In this document: piece by piece, positions 38,174-48,378 of the stretch
Numbering within the stretch: position 1 is the first letter of the stretch
Layout: each line of letters opens with the position of its first letter
Assembly: GCA_038887515.1 (NCBI GenBank)
Contig: JAWAKK010000001.1
Coordinates: forward strand, 608,001-672,000
Direction of reading: 5' to 3'
Source of the DNA: Candidatus Nezhaarchaeales archaeon
Lineage (GTDB): Archaea > Thermoproteota > Methanomethylicia > Nezhaarchaeales > WYZ-LMO8
Length of the DNA stretch: 64,000 nt
The notes under the pieces: model-generated
The model's database searches: none
Seen by the model: only the letters and a program-made list of their open reading frames with translations
Told to the model about the DNA's origin: nothing
Program-made: the position numbers and the translations under genes

Positions 38174-39798
38174 ACGTGAGAGAAATAGGTCTAGTTGCAA
38201 AGTCAACTCCTACGAACGTGTATATAATTGCTTACGAGGCACCTCAAATCGCCAGCTACCTTTACTCTGAAGCCAACAATATGAAGGTAGTTATGGTAGT
38301 AACGGACGTAGAAGCAACGGATGAAGCCTTCAGTAGAGTTTTTGATTCTAAGGAAGCTGAAATTATGGCCAAGTACGTCAAAGCAAGTGGTGCATTGAAA
38401 ATAGTAGTAAAGGCTTCACCTGTCGTAGACCTCATAGCAAAGCGGAGACCCCAATTTCCAATACCTCCTCGCACACCGGTACGTGTAGCTTCCAAGGAAG
38501 TACTTGAAGAGGCGTTCTCGGTGTGCTATGGAGCCTTCACAGAGCTTTACTCTGATTCGCCTTTATCCAGTTGGGTGAGAATAGGAATATTGAGGTCTCA
38601 TGAAGATGTGGAGGTCAGGGTTAATGTCGATGCCGTATTGTCGAAGCACCTAGCGGTTCTCGGAAGCACCGGTAGCGGGAAGAGTAATCTAGTCGCTCTC
38701 TTAGTAGATAAGATAGCGAGCCTTGGAGGCCAAGTAATCATAATTGATAGCCATGGAGAGTATTCAGACCTGAATACATCCTCTAAAGGTGTTAAGCTTG
38801 TACACTTTGAGGCTAAGGTAAACCCACTTAAAATTAGCCCCCTTGTCCTTTCGTCGACGTTAATACCTGAGGCTACAGCTACAAAGCAAAGGAATATCCT
38901 TAGAAAAGCGATTAGAGAACTTAACGCCCTATACTCTAAGGCTGGAAGCGATAGAGCAGAAGTTGAGAAGAGGATAGAAGACCTAATTCAGAGAGCAAAC
39001 AATGAGCTTGATGTCGAAGTTGAAGATACTAGCGGTAGGCGATACCTTAAAGCTCTGTACGCGATCATCATGAGTTTAAGAACGAAAGCTGCATCGAGCA
39101 GGCGGGAACAAGAAGTCTTTGATGGTATACTCTTGAAGTTGGAGAAGAATATTGTTGAATACGATATATATAGTACAGATGTGGTCGATCCCGTGGACTT
39201 GCTAGAACCAGGAACCATAGTTGACGTTGATGTATCTCTCTTACCTGATGCCGCTCGAGATGAAGTCGTGTCTTATATATGTAAACAAGTATTGCAGAGG
39301 GCCACGATTGGAAAACTTTTGCCGACGCTTATAGTGGTGGAGGAAGCTCACTTGTACTTGAAGAGCGAGTCTGGAGGCGCAGCTAAGCAAGCTATAGAGA
39401 GGATAGCGAGAGAGGGCAGGAAGTATGGCATCGGCTTAATCATAGTCTCTCAAAGACCTAAGGGTATAGATCCTAACGTCTTAAGTCAGATGAATAGCTT
39501 GTGCGTCTTAAAGATAATGCAACCTGAAGATCAAGCATACGTTAAACAGTATAGCGAGTGGTTAACTAATGAAATGCTTGCTGCATTACCAACACTGGAG
39601 AGAGGAGAGGCCATACTACTTGGCGAGTGGGTTAGGATGCCTGTGGCCGTAAAAATAGACAAACATGAAGGCAAAAAGAGGGGTACAACTATAAGTTCCG
39701 TTAAAAGATGGGTTGAAGCAAGGAAAATGAAGTATCAGAAGACAAGAGAGGAGCTGGAAGAGGAAGAGATGATCAAAAGGGCTAAGGAAATATTCTAG
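38170..39798 (+). CDS. herA: HerA helicase
   Basis: HLAVLGSTGSGKS, DSHGEY, VEEAH, REGRKYG, SQRP. Confidence 0.92.
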   Translation: MNVREIGLVAKSTPTNVYIIAYEAPQIASYLYSEANNMKVVMVVTDVEATDEAFSRVFDSKEAEIMAKYVKASGALKIVVKASPVVDLIAKRRPQFPIPPRTPVRVASKEVLEEAFSVCYGAFTELYSDSPLSSWVRIGILRSHEDVEVRVNVDAVLSKHLAVLGSTGSGKSNLVALLVDKIASLGGQVIIIDSHGEYSDLNTSSKGVKLVHFEAKVNPLKISPLVLSSTLIPEATATKQRNILRKAIRELNALYSKAGSDRAEVEKRIEDLIQRANNELDVEVEDTSGRRYLKALYAIIMSLRTKAASSRREQEVFDGILLKLEKNIVEYDIYSTDVVDPVDLLEPGTIVDVDVSLLPDAARDEVVSYICKQVLQRATIGKLLPTLIVVEEAHLYLKSESGGAAKQAIERIAREGRKYGIGLIIVSQRPKGIDPNVLSQMNSLCVLKIMQPEDQAYVKQYSEWLTNEMLAALPTLERGEAILLGEWVRMPVAVKIDKHEGKKRGTTISSVKRWVEARKMKYQKTREELEEEEMIKRAKEIF

Positions 39799-41237
39799 TT
39801 TCTATAGACCCTTTTGACAATAGCCTCCGAATTATCAAGGCTCCTCCACAAGATCGTGAACCCATGTTTCTTCAAAATCTTATGGGCCTCTCGAATATCT
39901 TGAATACCGAATTTCCTTAAAACCTCAAGCACATTCTTTAATGGCTCTTCTTCTATTCTTAGAAGGAAGGATCGAAGATTTTCTTCGTCGACTTGTTGTG
40001 ATTCACCTTCTTTGCGCGGCATAATGGTTTGCTTCTCCAACTCTCTTAGCACTGGGGCTATGTCAGACAGTTTCAACTTTTCCTCGAAGAATAGAAGCTT
40101 AACATTTGGAGATTCCTTCAATGCGAAAACCATTTCTTTGGTGCATAAAAGGGCTTTATTTAATGCAACTATGATCGGAACCCTTACGGCACTTATTTTT
40201 CTAAGCTTCTTTTCAATATAACTCGGTGTCCAGAAGCCCACTATTTCTAGGAAAACCTTTAAGTCGCCTTTAGTCAACGCGAAATCCGGTATCAATATTG
40301 TTTCCCCCATAACTATGGGTTCTGGCTCTCTATGTATGTCCCAACCCATGTTGAATGCCTTGAACCTCAATATAAAGTCCTCCTCCAACATGCTGTCGAA
40401 CCCCTCTTCTATTGGTGGTTTGCTTGGTAGTAAGCCGCTATAGCGCTCATCGATCTCTAGGATGCAATGCTTGTTAGCGTGAAGTACTTCAGCCTTTATC
40501 CTCCAAGTCTTTAAGTGAAGGACTACGGGTAGCACTTTAGCCATCCTGGTGCCATACCTTCTAGTTTTAGTGAGTATAGATACGGGACCATCTATGTAGA
40601 TTTTTAATAATCCATCATCCTTTTCAACTGCGTACATAAGGCCAAGTAGTTTCACCGTCCTGAGTACGCTTCTTACCTCTGTTCCAGTCATGTTGGCTAT
40701 GATCGACATAGACGTGGCCTTAAACAACAACGTTTGAAGTAAGGACAAGTTGTATTGTTTTAAGAGATCTAAGGGGTTAGGTGCGTCAAAGCCCGTTATT
40801 AACTCAGAGCCCTCGTAGCTAGCTTCAAAGGCTTCGACCAGCTCCTCCATCGTCACTCCAAGTCTACGGGCAGCTTCACATAGAATTTCGTTCTTAGCCT
40901 GTTCTGTAACGGCAAACCCTTTCTCCGATGATATTGAGAAGACAGTTCTCCTAGCCACGTCAGGTGGTGCCTTAGTCTTCAGCTTTTCAGTCCTTATTCG
41001 CCTATTTAGAAGTTCTATAAGCCCTCTTATGAACTTAGGATGGTAGCCCATGTCTTCAAGTTGACTTTCAACTTCGTCTAGAGAATTCTCCAGTTCTTCT
41101 AGCCTCTTCCCTACATGTTCGTTGTATACTTCAATTAAGAGCGAGGCAGCAAACTCGTTTTCATACGTCAGTTGAACAAATCTTGGAAGAATCTTATTGC
41201 CCTTCCTCTTAACTCTAAGCAAAGTAGAGGGTAACAT
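39795..41237 (-). CDS. bax1: Bax1 endonuclease (DUF790)
   Basis: YNLSLLQTLLF, DGPVS..T.RYG..A, FDS.LE..F, REPEP, IPDF, EIVGFWTPSY. Confidence 0.9.
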   Translation of the reverse strand: MLPSTLLRVKRKGNKILPRFVQLTYENEFAASLLIEVYNEHVGKRLEELENSLDEVESQLEDMGYHPKFIRGLIELLNRRIRTEKLKTKAPPDVARRTVFSISSEKGFAVTEQAKNEILCEAARRLGVTMEELVEAFEASYEGSELITGFDAPNPLDLLKQYNLSLLQTLLFKATSMSIIANMTGTEVRSVLRTVKLLGLMYAVEKDDGLLKIYIDGPVSILTKTRRYGTRMAKVLPVVLHLKTWRIKAEVLHANKHCILEIDERYSGLLPSKPPIEEGFDSMLEEDFILRFKAFNMGWDIHREPEPIVMGETILIPDFALTKGDLKVFLEIVGFWTPSYIEKKLRKISAVRVPIIVALNKALLCTKEMVFALKESPNVKLLFFEEKLKLSDIAPVLRELEKQTIMPRKEGESQQVDEENLRSFLLRIEEEPLKNVLEVLRKFGIQDIREAHKILKKHGFTILWRSLDNSEAIVKRVYRN

Positions 41238-42631
41238 TAGCCTCCTACCAGCCCTTTACGTCTCTTCCTCGATATTGCTACTTCAGGAGTACCCTTAACT
41301 ACCACCTCGTAGAGGATTGCCTTCTTACCGGGTATCGGTCTCAGTATTCTTCCAAGCCTTTGAACGAAAGATCTTCTGCTCGCCGTCCCGCTTAGAACTA
41401 TGGCCACGTTCGCGTCAGGGACATCCACGCCTTCTTCGAGAACCCTACTAGTTACCACGGCTTTGTAAGTACCCTTCTTAAAGAGTTCCATTACTGTAGC
41501 CCTCTCTTTAGGGTTCGTCTTATAAGTTATTTCGGGTATTAATAGCATCTTAGATATCTTCCTGACCATATCGTTAAGCTCCGTAAATATTAGTACCTTA
41601 TCGTTTTGATGTTTCTTAAGGAGGTCCTTCAATATATCGAGCTTGGAAATGGAATTAAGAATCAATAATCGAGCATCACGCCACGCTATTAAAGCTCTCC
41701 TAGCTTCACGACTCAGACCGCTCACCATTATAAAGCGCCTAAAGTCTTGGAGAGACCTTAACTTCCACCTCTTTTTCTCTAAGAAGTCCTTGTACGTGAA
41801 GTACAGGTTTTTAAACTTCCTCTTCTCTTCATCGCTAAGCTCTACATATATCCTAATTAGATCAAAGTCTGCTAAATGCTTGCTCTTCATTTCGTATACG
41901 CTTTTCCTATACACTATGTCGCCAACGAGGTCTAATAGGTCTACGTGCTTACCATCCTCTCTTTCCGGGGTTGCTGTGAGACCAAGCCTATACGGAGCTG
42001 CGCTTAGAAGAGCTATTTGCCTAAAGTTCTCGCTAGGTAAGTGATGAACTTCATCGAATACTATGAGCTTAAACTTATTCCCAAGCTCTTCAGCGTTGAT
42101 ATAGGCCGAGCTATAAGTCGAGACCGTCACAAAAGCTAATTCCTTAGACCCTCCGCCTACGACGCCCACGTGGACGTTAAGGGCCCTTGAAAGCTCAAGC
42201 CTCCATTGCTCAAGGAGTTCTAAGGTTGGCACGACTACAAGTGTAGGCTCGTTGAGGAGAGCTATTATCTTGATAGCAATAATGGTCTTACCTGTCCCGG
42301 TCGGTAACACTATTACTCCTCTCTTACCAGCTTTAAACCATGCTTCTACAGCCTCCTCTTGATAGTCTCTTAAAGGCTTTATGGATATTGTTCCAATAGA
42401 GCCCTTAATGGGGGACAACACGTAATCCTCCACTTTGATGCCCAGCAACTCAAGGGATCTCTTAACTTCAAGATACTTGTAGGCTAGTGCTCGTAGACAT
42501 TTGACTTTTGGGTCCCACTTCAACGGTGGAATCTCGTGAGTCAAGCCTTTAACTACTATAGTTCCGCTATGGTATTCCAGCCTTATGGACTCGGTACCCG
42601 CGATTTTCTCGGCGTTGGATGCGACCAACAT
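41237..42631 (-). CDS. xpb: XPB (Rad25-like) SF2 helicase
   Basis: LRDYQ, PTGTGKT, DEVHH, LTATPEREDG (RED motif), QRLGRILR; coupled to bax1. Confidence 0.92.
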   Translation of the reverse strand: MLVASNAEKIAGTESIRLEYHSGTIVVKGLTHEIPPLKWDPKVKCLRALAYKYLEVKRSLELLGIKVEDYVLSPIKGSIGTISIKPLRDYQEEAVEAWFKAGKRGVIVLPTGTGKTIIAIKIIALLNEPTLVVVPTLELLEQWRLELSRALNVHVGVVGGGSKELAFVTVSTYSSAYINAEELGNKFKLIVFDEVHHLPSENFRQIALLSAAPYRLGLTATPEREDGKHVDLLDLVGDIVYRKSVYEMKSKHLADFDLIRIYVELSDEEKRKFKNLYFTYKDFLEKKRWKLRSLQDFRRFIMVSGLSREARRALIAWRDARLLILNSISKLDILKDLLKKHQNDKVLIFTELNDMVRKISKMLLIPEITYKTNPKERATVMELFKKGTYKAVVTSRVLEEGVDVPDANVAIVLSGTASRRSFVQRLGRILRPIPGKKAILYEVVVKGTPEVAISRKRRKGLVGG

Positions 42632-42703
42632 TCTCCTTTTTCTATAGATAATTCCTTATGGCTAAAAGCTTTCTCAATATTTTGCACCGGCACCTACATC
42701 TCG

Positions 42704-43555
42704 TCAAGCTAACGTTTTTACCTGTCTCACTAGGCTCGTTAGTTTCCTAGGCCCTATTTCATTGCCTTTAGCGTCTTTAAAAGCTTCTATGACCACGAAG
42801 TTTACCCTCGATTTCTCGTCCTTAATCCATTTAAGGAGAGACTTTATGGATTTAGATGACGTGGATGGAGCTACGTGTTCATTGATCCATCCACCTTCAA
42901 CTAGACAGTCATATACATGCACTCCACGTATCTTGGATCCGAGATTTTTAAACCATTCGTCTATTACTACGTCGACTTCCACTTCTTTCCAGTTACTGGA
43001 CCTTACGGCTTGGACTTGGGCATGTCCAACATCAAAACATATTTCCGATCCCTCTACACTTAAGATGGCTCTTTTTATGTGATCTATAGAGGAGCAGAAG
43101 TTTGATGGGACGTTCTCAAAGAGAATTGTTAACCCATTCTCGAAAGCAAAATCTAGTATTGTCTGAATAGAGGCAGACGTAGCATCGATTATCGATTGCC
43201 CAAAATTCCTTGCCTCCTCTATCGCTTGATCTGTAGAGACGTGAAGCACCACGTATTTAGGTTCGAGACCCTCCGTAATCTCAAGGAGCTTTAAGGTATA
43301 TTTTACGGAGGCTTCTCTTATTTCGTCGATTGGTGAGGCTAGCCTTATGTCCCTCCAACTTCCATGAACCGCCAAGTCGAGACCTGCTTCTCTGATGTAG
43401 TCAGCTATTTTCTTTGGCGTAGAGCTATCTGGGACCGGCCATGGATAATCTAGGCTGAGCTCTATGAAATCGAACCCAGCTTTGTGGGATTCGTCAACCT
43501 TGTATTTAAACTTCGCCTTGTCGCCTAGCCATAACGGAAAGCCTATTAACACCAT
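42704..43555 (-). CDS. Sugar-phosphate isomerase/AP endonuclease 2-type TIM barrel
   Basis: GFDFIEL, H..W.DI.LAS, VLH, FEN, FDVGHA, HVYD, EH. Confidence 0.8.
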   Translation of the reverse strand: MVLIGFPLWLGDKAKFKYKVDESHKAGFDFIELSLDYPWPVPDSSTPKKIADYIREAGLDLAVHGSWRDIRLASPIDEIREASVKYTLKLLEITEGLEPKYVVLHVSTDQAIEEARNFGQSIIDATSASIQTILDFAFENGLTILFENVPSNFCSSIDHIKRAILSVEGSEICFDVGHAQVQAVRSSNWKEVEVDVVIDEWFKNLGSKIRGVHVYDCLVEGGWINEHVAPSTSSKSIKSLLKWIKDEKSRVNFVVIEAFKDAKGNEIGPRKLTSLVRQVKTLA

Positions 43556-43756
43556 AAATCATCGCCGTTAAATGGACACTGTCTCATAATTATACGTTTT
43601 AGCCCTTAATTTCTTTAAGGCGAGAACACCTCTCGAAAGCTTTAGAGAGATGCTCTAAGTAGAATAGTATAGTTTGTTTCCACGATAGACTTCTGGATAT
43701 CCATAGTAAGCCTTTGGTTATATTAAATTCTATAGAAGCTCGTAAACCTTTAGCAT

Positions 43757-44272
43757 TTACAACTTGAATTCTCCTAATTCTATTAACGCTAGCGCAATCG
43801 ATGTCGTAGGCATGAGTCTTATCCTGCCTCTAACTTTAAGTTCAAGGGCTTCTTTGGGAGTCATGTAGATGATATCTAATGCTGCAGAGGTCCTTCTAGG
43901 CTCGCCATTAAGCATGCACGGTATATAGAAATACATTTTATTTGGTTTGGGAGGCTCTTCAATCTCGGATGATTGCAGCTCAATAACCCTATAGTTGTGC
44001 ATTCCAATTCTTCCGTTTAGCGGCGGCCAAGATATCTCTAAGTAGTTGTCCGGTAAGGTTGCATTGCTAGGACCCTCAAGGACGAGCACTTTGTGCATTA
44101 TGGGTTCTACATTACAACCTATCTCTTCACGACATTCCCTAACTACCCCAGAAAAAATCGATTCCCCAACCTTTAAATGTCCCTCAGGAAACGAGTAGTA
44201 ACCCCTTTTCGGAGTCTCGCCCCTCTTGATGAAGAGGAGTTTACCGTTCCTCTCTATAAGGGCTGAGACCAC
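43757..44272 (-). CDS. NUDIX hydrolase
   Basis: FPEGHLKVGES....VRECREEIG Nudix box; true start may be upstream (ATT 44308). Confidence 0.85.
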   Translation of the reverse strand: MVSALIERNGKLLFIKRGETPKRGYYSFPEGHLKVGESIFSGVVRECREEIGCNVEPIMHKVLVLEGPSNATLPDNYLEISWPPLNGRIGMHNYRVIELQSSEIEEPPKPNKMYFYIPCMLNGEPRRTSAALDIIYMTPKEALELKVRGRIRLMPTTSIALALIELGEFKL

Positions 44273-44403
44273 TATTTGGAGGTCGTCGGACTCCTTGCCC
44301 TCGACAATTTATACTTCACCTCTTCTTAGAGCCTTAAAAGATAATTCGGTTTAAATCTTTTTCTGGCGTAATTTAGTGAGCCTAGTATTAAGGTCGGTTA
44401 GCT

Positions 44404-45414
44404 ATGATAACCGTATCATCACCTGGGAAGGTAACGCTATTCGGTGAGCACGCCGTCGTCTATGGTGAACCAGCCATTGCAGTTGCCATAAATAAAAGAG
44501 TGAGGGTTCAGGCGACTAGGAGGAACGATGAAGTTATTAGGATTGAGGCCAAAGACTTGATGCTTGCGGGCTTTAAGGCCTTACTAATGCCCAATGGTTC
44601 TGTAACTCTTGAAGGAGAGTCGGGAAAGATCCTAGCAGCCTTAAACTACGTAAAGAGAGCCATTGAAATGGTCCGTACTAAGTATGGAGTTAACATAGGA
44701 GCTTACGTAACAGTTACTTCGGAGATGCCCGTTGGAGCTGGATTAGGCACTTCGGCGGCAGTTGCTGTCTCAGTAGTTAAAGCTTATTCGTTGTTAGCTG
44801 GACTCGACTTAAGCCGAGAGGAGTGCGCAGAGCTTGGCTACCAAGTTGAGCTCAGCGTTCAGGGGATAGCTAGTAGAATGGATTCTACAACAACTGCTGT
44901 AGGTGGGGTGCTTTATATCGATCCGAGGATGGATAAGGTATATGAATCCATCAGGGGCGCTGAAAAGCTTGATGGTCTCGTAATCGGTTACGTAAATAGA
45001 GAGACTAGTACGGGCGAGATGGTTGAGAAGGTCAAGAACCTTAGAGATTCTATACCAGAAGTGCTTGGTTTCATTATAAGAGCAGTTGGTGAAATAAGTA
45101 GGAAGGCTAAAGGTCTCATTGAAGCTGGGAGGCTAGTGGATTTAGGTGTACTAATGAACATCAATCACGGGCTCCTCGAAGCGATGGGGGTATCGACTAG
45201 TAGGTTGTCTCAAATGGCCTATGCAGCCAGGGCTGCAGGGGCTCTAGGATCGAAGATAACGGGGGCTGGCGGTGGCGGATGCATTATCGCGTTGGCTCCC
45301 CAGCGCGAGGAAGAGGTGATAGCAGCCCTAAAGGCTATAGGTGCCTCTGCATTTAAGGTTTCACCTACAACGCAGGGTGTAAAGGTTGAGGAAGAAGATA
45401 GTCATAGGGCATAG
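44404..45414 (+). CDS. mvk: Mevalonate kinase
   Basis: PGKVTLFGEHAVVYG, PVGAGLGTSAA, KITGAGGGG. Confidence 0.95.
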   Translation: MITVSSPGKVTLFGEHAVVYGEPAIAVAINKRVRVQATRRNDEVIRIEAKDLMLAGFKALLMPNGSVTLEGESGKILAALNYVKRAIEMVRTKYGVNIGAYVTVTSEMPVGAGLGTSAAVAVSVVKAYSLLAGLDLSREECAELGYQVELSVQGIASRMDSTTTAVGGVLYIDPRMDKVYESIRGAEKLDGLVIGYVNRETSTGEMVEKVKNLRDSIPEVLGFIIRAVGEISRKAKGLIEAGRLVDLGVLMNINHGLLEAMGVSTSRLSQMAYAARAAGALGSKITGAGGGGCIIALAPQREEEVIAALKAIGASAFKVSPTTQGVKVEEEDSHRA

Positions 45415-46078
45415 AGGGGCCCCCTCTATTAAATTCGAGAACAGTCTAGAAGGAGTAGTTGAAGCTTTGAAGCTAGGCGTAGACGGTGTAGAAGTTGATG
45501 TAAGAACCACTAAAGAAGGTATTCCAATAGCATTTCACGATCAAACTACCTCGAGAATATTGGGAATTGACAAGCCTGTTAATGAGATAGGGCTCGACGA
45601 GATTAGATGCATGGGTAAAATCAGGGGCTTCACTATCCCCACAATAGGGGGGCTCTTGACTGTTGTTAGCGCGGAGACTATTCTAGTCTTGGACGTAAAA
45701 GAGTGGAGAGCTGTAGAGATGCTGGCAGATTTGCTAAGGCATTTAAGTAACAGAAAAATAATTATTGCATCATTTGATCACCGAATTCCCTTAACCATAA
45801 AGAAAGCTGTACCTTGGGTTAAGGCAGGGCTTATATTGTCTTTAAGGCCCTTAAGCTTATCGAGAATCACATGCGAAAATGTGGATTGCGTATTTGTAAA
45901 GAAAGACTACATAGATTGTGAGCTATTGGAGGAAGCAACTAGCCTAGGTCTTGACATCTATGCTTGGGTTGTTAACGATAAAGAAGAAGCCGAGCGACTT
46001 TGGTCGCTGGGAGTGTGTGGAGTGGTGACCGATACACCACAGCTATTTGCAATCGGTGGTCGAAGGTCATGGAGCTAG
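45386..46078 (+). CDS. Glycerophosphodiester phosphodiesterase
   Basis: GHRGA..EN, EVDVR.TK, FHD, WVVND, GVVTD.P. Confidence 0.9.
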   Translation: MRKKIVIGHRGAPSIKFENSLEGVVEALKLGVDGVEVDVRTTKEGIPIAFHDQTTSRILGIDKPVNEIGLDEIRCMGKIRGFTIPTIGGLLTVVSAETILVLDVKEWRAVEMLADLLRHLSNRKIIIASFDHRIPLTIKKAVPWVKAGLILSLRPLSLSRITCENVDCVFVKKDYIDCELLEEATSLGLDIYAWVVNDKEEAERLWSLGVCGVVTDTPQLFAIGGRRSWS

Positions 46079-47079
46079 TGTTAAAAGGTTTTATAGCATT
46101 CCTAGCCAGCTTTCTGTCTTCCCTTTTAATCATGCCTAAGGTTATAGAATATTCTAAAAAGAGGAGGTTTATGGGGAGAGATGTGCATAAACCCGGCCAA
46201 CCTCTCGTACCAGAAATTGGCGGTATAGGAATATTATTTGGATTAATTGTAGGGTTCTTGGTTTATAGTCTCGTGTCCTTCAAACTCGAGGTCTATCTCG
46301 TAGTCTTTGTTTGTTGCGTGTTTATAGCTGGAGCTATAGGGTTATGGGATTATTTTAAAACGTTGAGTGGAACTACGAAAACCGCTCTAACAGTCATTGC
46401 ATGTATACCCTTGATAATCGGCTGGCTCCTCTCTCCTACTGAAATAATAATAGGGAGGCCAGAGCTTCCTTTCATAGGGACCTTGAGGCTTACAATAGTC
46501 TACTGGATCCTTCTACCATTTGCTATAGCGGTATCGGCAAACGCTGTTAACATGATTGATACGTTCAACGGTGTCATGCCGCTCACATCAATCTTTAGCG
46601 TTGCTGGTCTCCTCATTTCATCTATAATACTTGGAAGATATGAGGCCACGATTATGTGTTTACTAATTCTCGGGGCCCTACTAGGCTTCTTGCCGTACAA
46701 CCTGTACCCATCGAAGATCTTTGCAAGCGATGTCGGTAGCCTAGCGGTTGGAGCTGGTATAGGGGCCATATCGGTCATAGGCAGAATGGAGATAATAGGA
46801 ATAGTATCGCTCATGCCTCAAATAATGAATGCGTTCTATATATTGACTTCAGTTAAAGGTCTTCTCGAAAGGAGACAGATAAAAGAGAGGCCGACCGTAG
46901 TCCTTGGAAATAACGTTATAGCTGCAAATAGAAGCGAGAAGGCCCCCATGACCTTAGCAAACTTAATACTAGCGAGAGGCCCTCTCCGAGAGCCGGATCT
47001 AGTTAAGGCCTACGCTTTGCTCTCATTCTCCTCCTTCATCCTAACTATAGTGACGGCATGCTTCATGGTGATAAAATGA
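46069..47079 (+). CDS. aglH: Polyprenyl-phosphate HexNAc-1-P transferase (AglH/MraY family)
   Basis: DVHK..VPEIGG, ANAVNMIDTFNG, YN.YPSKIF.SDVG; multi-TM. Confidence 0.8.
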   Translation: MELVLKGFIAFLASFLSSLLIMPKVIEYSKKRRFMGRDVHKPGQPLVPEIGGIGILFGLIVGFLVYSLVSFKLEVYLVVFVCCVFIAGAIGLWDYFKTLSGTTKTALTVIACIPLIIGWLLSPTEIIIGRPELPFIGTLRLTIVYWILLPFAIAVSANAVNMIDTFNGVMPLTSIFSVAGLLISSIILGRYEATIMCLLILGALLGFLPYNLYPSKIFASDVGSLAVGAGIGAISVIGRMEIIGIVSLMPQIMNAFYILTSVKGLLERRQIKERPTVVLGNNVIAANRSEKAPMTLANLILARGPLREPDLVKAYALLSFSSFILTIVTACFMVIK

Positions 47080-47348
47080 AGATTCTAAGGTACATAATCG
47101 ACATACTTGGAATAATGGTATTGGTATGGGGCTTAATGCTTGCCTTACTGTTCTTCGTAAATAAAGTGGTAGAAGAAGTCGAGTTACCCATCTACGGCTT
47201 TATCGGTTCTTTACTGAATAACTTCATTCAGCTGGCGATAAGCGGCGTGATGTTCTTAGCATGGCTCTTCTTATGGTACAAGTTAACTGATTATTGTCGT
47301 AGGAGGAGACTTAAGCTCTGGAGCAAAGACCTTCAAGGACAGCAATGA
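47076..47348 (+). CDS. Small two-TM hypothetical protein
   Basis: ATGA overlap with the upstream gene; two hydrophobic helices. Confidence 0.6.
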   Translation: MKILRYIIDILGIMVLVWGLMLALLFFVNKVVEEVELPIYGFIGSLLNNFIQLAISGVMFLAWLFLWYKLTDYCRRRRLKLWSKDLQGQQ

Positions 47349-48378
47349 CTTTGGGCAATGGATCTTCCATTATACTCCACAATTTTTTACTCAGCTCCTT
47401 CTGCTTAACTTTCAGCTCTTTAATTTCAGACAACGACGCTATCGCTACATCCGGGATTTCCTCGCTTTTAACTCTCTTCAGAAGCCCGAATTCGATCAAG
47501 AAGCTCTCCACGAATATGGGTTCCTTCGGATAGAAGGATAGAGCTGGGACTCCTAGTAATGCTGCCTCGCAAGTCATTGTCCCCCCAGACCCTATGAATA
47601 GAGTTGTCTTCTCCAAAATTGGCGGGCTATATGTCGGTCTTGTAAGTATAGTTACGTTTGCAACACCTTTAAACTTCGCCTTTAAGTATCTTACCTGCCA
47701 CCAGTACCTCGGCATTACGAGTATGAGAGCTTCGGGAACCTTCTTAGCCAATATGGTTATCGACTCTTCCGCTACCGTCGGCTTATCGATCATCAAGTAA
47801 GAGGCGTGAACTTCCTCAATTCTTACAGTCACTAGATACTTGAACTTCCTTAAACCTGGAATTATAGGCTTCTCCTCTGCTGGTATGTGCTTAAGCCACA
47901 TGACTGGGTCCAGTGCCCTATATTGAATTACGTCCTCAGCAGCGATGCCATATTTAATCCATTCCTCTTTGGGTATGACCCAAGGCGTTACGAGTTTCGA
48001 GCTCAAAGGAACCGTAAGCTTTGCTACTGCCGTTGAATGTGGGGAGTCATTGACTAAGACATGTGGTATCCCTAAGCCAAAAGATACCCTTGTAGCATCA
48101 GGTGAGGTTGAAATAGCGACGTCAGGCTTAAACTTTCTAATTAATGGCATTAATTTCTTCATCCTGTTTACGCTACTAGATAACTTTCCATAGAGGTCTC
48201 CGCCACCATATCTTCCAATAATGCAAGCTTTGACGTTTAACTTCTTCGCCAAGATGTCGATCTCTCTATACCTGCGTGTGGTCACAAGAATGTCGTAGCG
48301 CCTTTTCCTCGCTTCTTCCATCAGTGGTTTAAAGTACATCAACTGTTTTGGAGTTAAATATTCAATCCATATCTTCAT
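47311..48378 (-). CDS. DUF354-family GT-B fold protein
   Basis: KIWI..LTPKQ, IGRYGG, SPDA.RV.FGLG, DSPH, GGTMTCEAALLG.P. Confidence 0.85.
   Translation of the reverse strand: MKIWIEYLTPKQLMYFKPLMEEARKRRYDILVTTRRYREIDILAKKLNVKACIIGRYGGGDLYGKLSSSVNRMKKLMPLIRKFKPDVAISTSPDATRVSFGLGIPHVLVNDSPHSTAVAKLTVPLSSKLVTPWVIPKEEWIKYGIAAEDVIQYRALDPVMWLKHIPAEEKPIIPGLRKFKYLVTVRIEEVHASYLMIDKPTVAEESITILAKKVPEALILVMPRYWWQVRYLKAKFKGVANVTILTRPTYSPPILEKTTLFIGSGGTMTCEAALLGVPALSFYPKEPIFVESFLIEFGLLKRVKSEEIPDVAIASLSEIKELKVKQKELSKKLWSIMEDPLPKVIAVLEGLCSRA

Noticed and set aside
33692-39798. HerA-NurA as an antiviral defence system
   Set aside because: It lies in the canonical mre11-rad50 housekeeping operon
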